52,092 nucleotides of DNA from Malacoraja senta (taxonomy: Eukaryota). The DNA lies in contig JAXLNO010000103.1 of the NCBI GenBank assembly GCA_038087875.1, positions 1-52,092 of the forward strand, read 5' to 3'. Below, one piece after another: positions 48,821-52,092 of this stretch; within the stretch, counting starts at the first letter, position 1; the number at the start of each line of letters is the position of its first letter. The notes below the pieces were generated by a model that saw only the letters and a list, made by a program, of their open reading frames with translations, was not told the DNA's origin and did no database searches. A program made the position numbers and the translations under genes.

Positions 48821-48936
48821 CTTGTAGTTTTCCAGTGCGTCCAAAGCCAGATCACGACCCTCCAGGGAGTAAATACATAGTGCGGCTAATAACTTAAAGA
48901 CTTGGTTTTTTACGGTGATGTTAGCTGTATCCAATG
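48821..48936 (-). pseudogene. INF2: INF2-like exon (DID region; equivalent to human exon 3), 116 bp
   Basis: [39 protein letters not shown] versus human INF2 [39 protein letters not shown] (recalled). Acceptor TTTGCAG; donor AAG|GCAAGT. Confidence 0.88.
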
Positions 48937-49388
48937 CTGCAAATCAAAATTTTCAATTCTATTATCTTGGACGAAAGCAAAATTCTACCTGAGGCAACAG
49001 AACCTTATGGTTAGAAATATGCTTGTTCTTACCACTTTCTGCAACAGCTTAAGTAAAGATCTCACTTCTTTTCACTAATCTAAATTTGACCTAAATTTAG
49101 TAGCCCAGATGGTTGCAAAACTGTCAGTGTTTTACCATTGCCGCACCATAAAACTGATAGAAACATCTGAGTTTTCATGTTCAAAATTAAATGCAGAAAT
49201 TCTGGCATTGCTACTCACTGATAACTTTTTCAGCAACACAGTGAGCCAATGAAGCCTTGCTGAGGGATGCAAGGGAATTGATGAGGACTGCAAATTTATG
49301 CTAACTATTCTCACTGTAAATACTGGCCTTCCCGCAAAACATGTGGCTGAATTTTATTTCATGGAGTTTAAAAATATGATGTACTGTA

Positions 49389-49701
49389 CAGGAAACACTC
49401 GCAATAACGGACCTCTATACAGCAGATTTTGGTTATAGCGGACCAAAGCCCCCATTGCACTGCCCCCCACTTCCGCCAGTTACCCACCGAGCTGGCACCA
49501 CATGGCGGGAGCTTCCGGTTGCAGGAGCTGAGAGAGCGGGCAGCATGAAGGCGGCCTGTGAATTCCCCCTGTTTTAATCGCCTTTGTTCCCTCCCGGCCT
49601 TGGGTTAAACTTTACCCCCCTCACTTGGTTATAGTGGACAATCGGCAAAAACAGACACCGTGCCCTCTCCACTGAGGTCCATCAGAGCGAGGGTTTTACT
49701 G
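49389..49701. mobile_element. Tigger/pogo-like MITE relic
   Basis: Imperfect TIRs CAGGAAACACTCGCAATAACGGACCT / AGGTCCATCAGAGCGAGGGTTTTACTG. TA is present on the left flank only. Confidence 0.55.
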
Positions 49702-50088
49702 AATTCTACTTATGAATATCTCCTTTTATTCAAGATTTCTGACAACTGCTGAGTTCTCCAACTCACAGTTCCAACATAATGTTTTTTGCTCTCTAATGGA
49801 CTTTATTTAGCTTCTTCTATTTATACTTTTCTGGACAGACATAGACTCGGTGGGTTGAAGGGCATGTTTCCATTCTGTACCTCTGAAACTAAAATAGAAG
49901 GACATGTTCGCTGATAAAAGAAGCATTGTCTTTCAACCTTGCAACCTAATTTTGCTCCATCAAAGCAATTGTTGTCATTATTTTAAACAGAAGAGACAGC
50001 CAATCTACGTCCTCCCAATGTTTTACCTTGAATGATGCTGACATGCGGCCAAAAAATAAAAGGTGAATGAGGTAGTAGGCTTTTAGTT

Positions 50089-50337
50089 GGCTGCACAGTG
50101 GCGTAGCTGGTAGAGCTGCTGCCTCACAGCGCCAGAGACCCAGATCCTGACCTTGAGTGCTGACTGTGTGTGGAGTTTGCATGTTTTCCCTGTAACTGTG
50201 TTTTCACCACAAAGTAGTGTGGGTTGGTAGGTTAATTGGACCTTCGGCCCACTGCGTCCAGGCGACCAGCGATTCCTGCACATTAACACTATCTTACACA
50301 CACTAAGGACAATTTTCAGTTTTACCAAGCCAATTAA
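50089..50337. mobile_element. Two SINE fragments: plus-strand 5' part (~50089-50238) and minus-strand 3' part (~50239-50337)
   Basis: TGGCGTAGCTGG A box. The second part is the reverse complement of the SINE 3' half (TTAATTGGCTTGGTAAA...GTGGGCCGAAGG). Confidence 0.65.
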
Positions 50338-50338
50338 G

Positions 50339-51100
50339 ATGCCGCCTGCCTGCGGCGACTTTTGCGGAGCACCAGAACAGAAAAGGTTCACCTGCAACTT
50401 CTATCAACTTACCTGCATCAGGGAAACGGCAGTAATCGGTGCCGTTTCAGACAAGCTGCTTGGGCAGCTGAAAGCGCTGGCAATTTCGCGATCTCCCACA
50501 GCTGCGGGAGCCCCGGACTTTAAATTTTCCCTCGCTGGCTGTGGAACTCCCGACCCGACTGAGGATCCCAGGTATTGTACCTGGGAACCCTGGGATGACC
50601 TCCAGAGCCCACAGGCCGGATCTCCCAGGAACAACGGAGCTGGAGCTGCCGACTTTGAAGGTACCCCCATTCGTTACGGAGCTGGAGCTGCCGTCTGTGA
50701 AGGAATCCCCGTCCCAGCGCAGGTCCGCAGAAACAGCAGGTACAGTGGACTCAGCACCTGGAAACAAAGGGGAAGCCTCCATTGTGTCCGGAAACGTGGC
50801 CGACGGGCAGGACTTCAGGTCAGACTGAAGCGCAGGGGACTTCGGCCCCCTCTCCCTACTATCCTACTGGCCAACGTACAGTCCCTTGCAAATTAAGTGG
50901 CGGACTTAAGGGCAAGGCTGCTTTATCAAAGGGAGCTGAGGGAATGCTCTGTGTTCTGTTTCACAGAGACATGGCTCACCCCCAGCTCCCCAGACTCAGC
51001 CGTCCAGCCTGAAGGTTTCTCCATCCACCGTATGGCCGTACACTGGCATCTGGGAAAGGGAGAGGAGGGGGCCTCTGCCTCATGGTCAACTCAGCGTGGT
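50339..51100 (+). mobile_element. Rex1/Babar-like LINE 5' portion with truncated APE endonuclease
   Basis: RKRGRRAGLQVRLKRRGLRPPLPTILLANVQSLAN*...CFTETWL...GFSIHR, with a stop and frameshift; truncated at ~51100. Confidence 0.78.
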
Positions 51101-51104
51101 GGTC

Positions 51105-51780
51105 CAGGGCTCTCGCTTAACTTTTTTTCCCTGTTGCCAGACGGGCAACCTTGGCAGCTTTTTAGGTTGCCAAATGACAGTTTAGGTGGTCATTTAAGAT
51201 GGCTTGCATGACGCATGCAATAATGTGCTCGGACGAAGTGCGTAGTTACCAGTCGGAATTATACTCAATGAAGCATTCACATATTTCTGCTTCAAATAAA
51301 GTCACAAACTAAACATATTTACCAATCAAGACATGATATATCCCACAATGACATGCAGCAAAATTATAAGTCAGTATCTCAACTCTTTTTACACGTTGCA
51401 ATTAATGCAATTTCTATTAGTTCTTTCCACTTCCAAACAACAATGTGGTTGGATTATTCAGCGTATGATCAACCTGTGTCAATAAATCCTGGACCATGGT
51501 AACATATATGCTTACGTATAGTTATGAATGTTGCTCATTAAATAACTACAGTACTGATACTCCATATTAAGAGCATTGATTTGCCATGAAAATGAATTCT
51601 GTAATAACGTGTCAACGGCAGCAGTGACAATCGAACACTGCGGTTTTAATGTTTCACGTGTTCACAATTTAATTAATCCATCTTTATGTATTAAAACAAT
51701 AATAACATTGGGAATTAAATACATTTGATTGCATTGCGTTATCAAACATAGTCAAAGTTAGCTCTGAAGACATTTCCAGC
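51105..51780. mobile_element. Possible hAT-like DNA transposon end interrupting the Rex1-like LINE
   Basis: Abrupt switch to CAGGGCTCTCGCTTAAC... (CAGGG start typical of hAT TIRs). No partner TIR in the window, so the right boundary is a guess. Confidence 0.35.
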
Positions 51781-51989
51781 ACAATAGGGTCAGGGAGGGG
51801 GGTGTGTGTGAATCAGTGTGGGGTGGATAGATGGCGGGGTGGGGGGTTAGAAGGCAGTCGGTGAAGAATGGATGGATTGAGGCAGGTGAATTAGTACGGT
51901 TGGTTGGAGTAGGTAAAATTGTGAGGGGAGAGCACCGGGATGTCAGTGGTGTTGAATGAATGAGGGGGGTTCAGTACGGGATGGATGGG

Positions 51990-52087
51990 GTAGACAAACG
52001 TGCTGCAGAAACTGAGCGGGTGAGGCAGCATTTATGGAGCGAAGGAAATAGGCAACGTCTCGAGTCGAGACCCCTTCTTCAGACTGT
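51990..52087 (-). mobile_element. Free-standing Penelope-like terminal-repeat fragment with degenerate hammerhead core
   Basis: Minus strand reads CTGAAGA-A-GGGGTCTCGACTC-GAGA-CGTTGCCTATTTCCTTCGCTCCAT...; same family as the arms captured in the Helitron array. Confidence 0.7.
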
Positions 52088-52092
52088 TCCCC

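Overview
Eukaryotic, repeat-dense vertebrate DNA, probably a cartilaginous fish (skate/ray/shark), judged from HE1/V-SINE-like SINEs and CR1 and Penelope fragments. 1-35700 is a composite head-to-tail Helitron array: non-identical units share a 5' head and the 3' terminus AGACCC-AAC-GGGTCT hairpin + GCACTTGGT-CTAG, and one unit carries a disrupted Rep(HUH/Y2)-PIF1 helicase gene (21829-27177). Just 19 bp to its right is a decayed DIRS1-type tyrosine-recombinase retrotransposon with ITRs and ICR (35720-40404, minus). That element sits in the 3' end of a two-ORF APE-RT LINE (40405-~44830, minus). 45166-48936 holds four minus-strand exons of an INF2 formin homologue with a nonsense codon and frameshifts (probable unprocessed pseudogene), interspersed with SINEs and other TE fragments. 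Top observations: (1) the array looks built by repeated self-insertion into the A^T site 4 nt inside the element's own 5' head, and a (TCTA)5 run matches the five units that follow it; (2) the terminal unit carries a templated inverted insertion copied from the neighbouring DIRS; (3) about 13 captured fold-back copies of a Penelope hammerhead-like sequence. Almost all Pro/Ser/Leu- or Gly/Arg/Glu-rich ORFs in the track are low-complexity artefacts.
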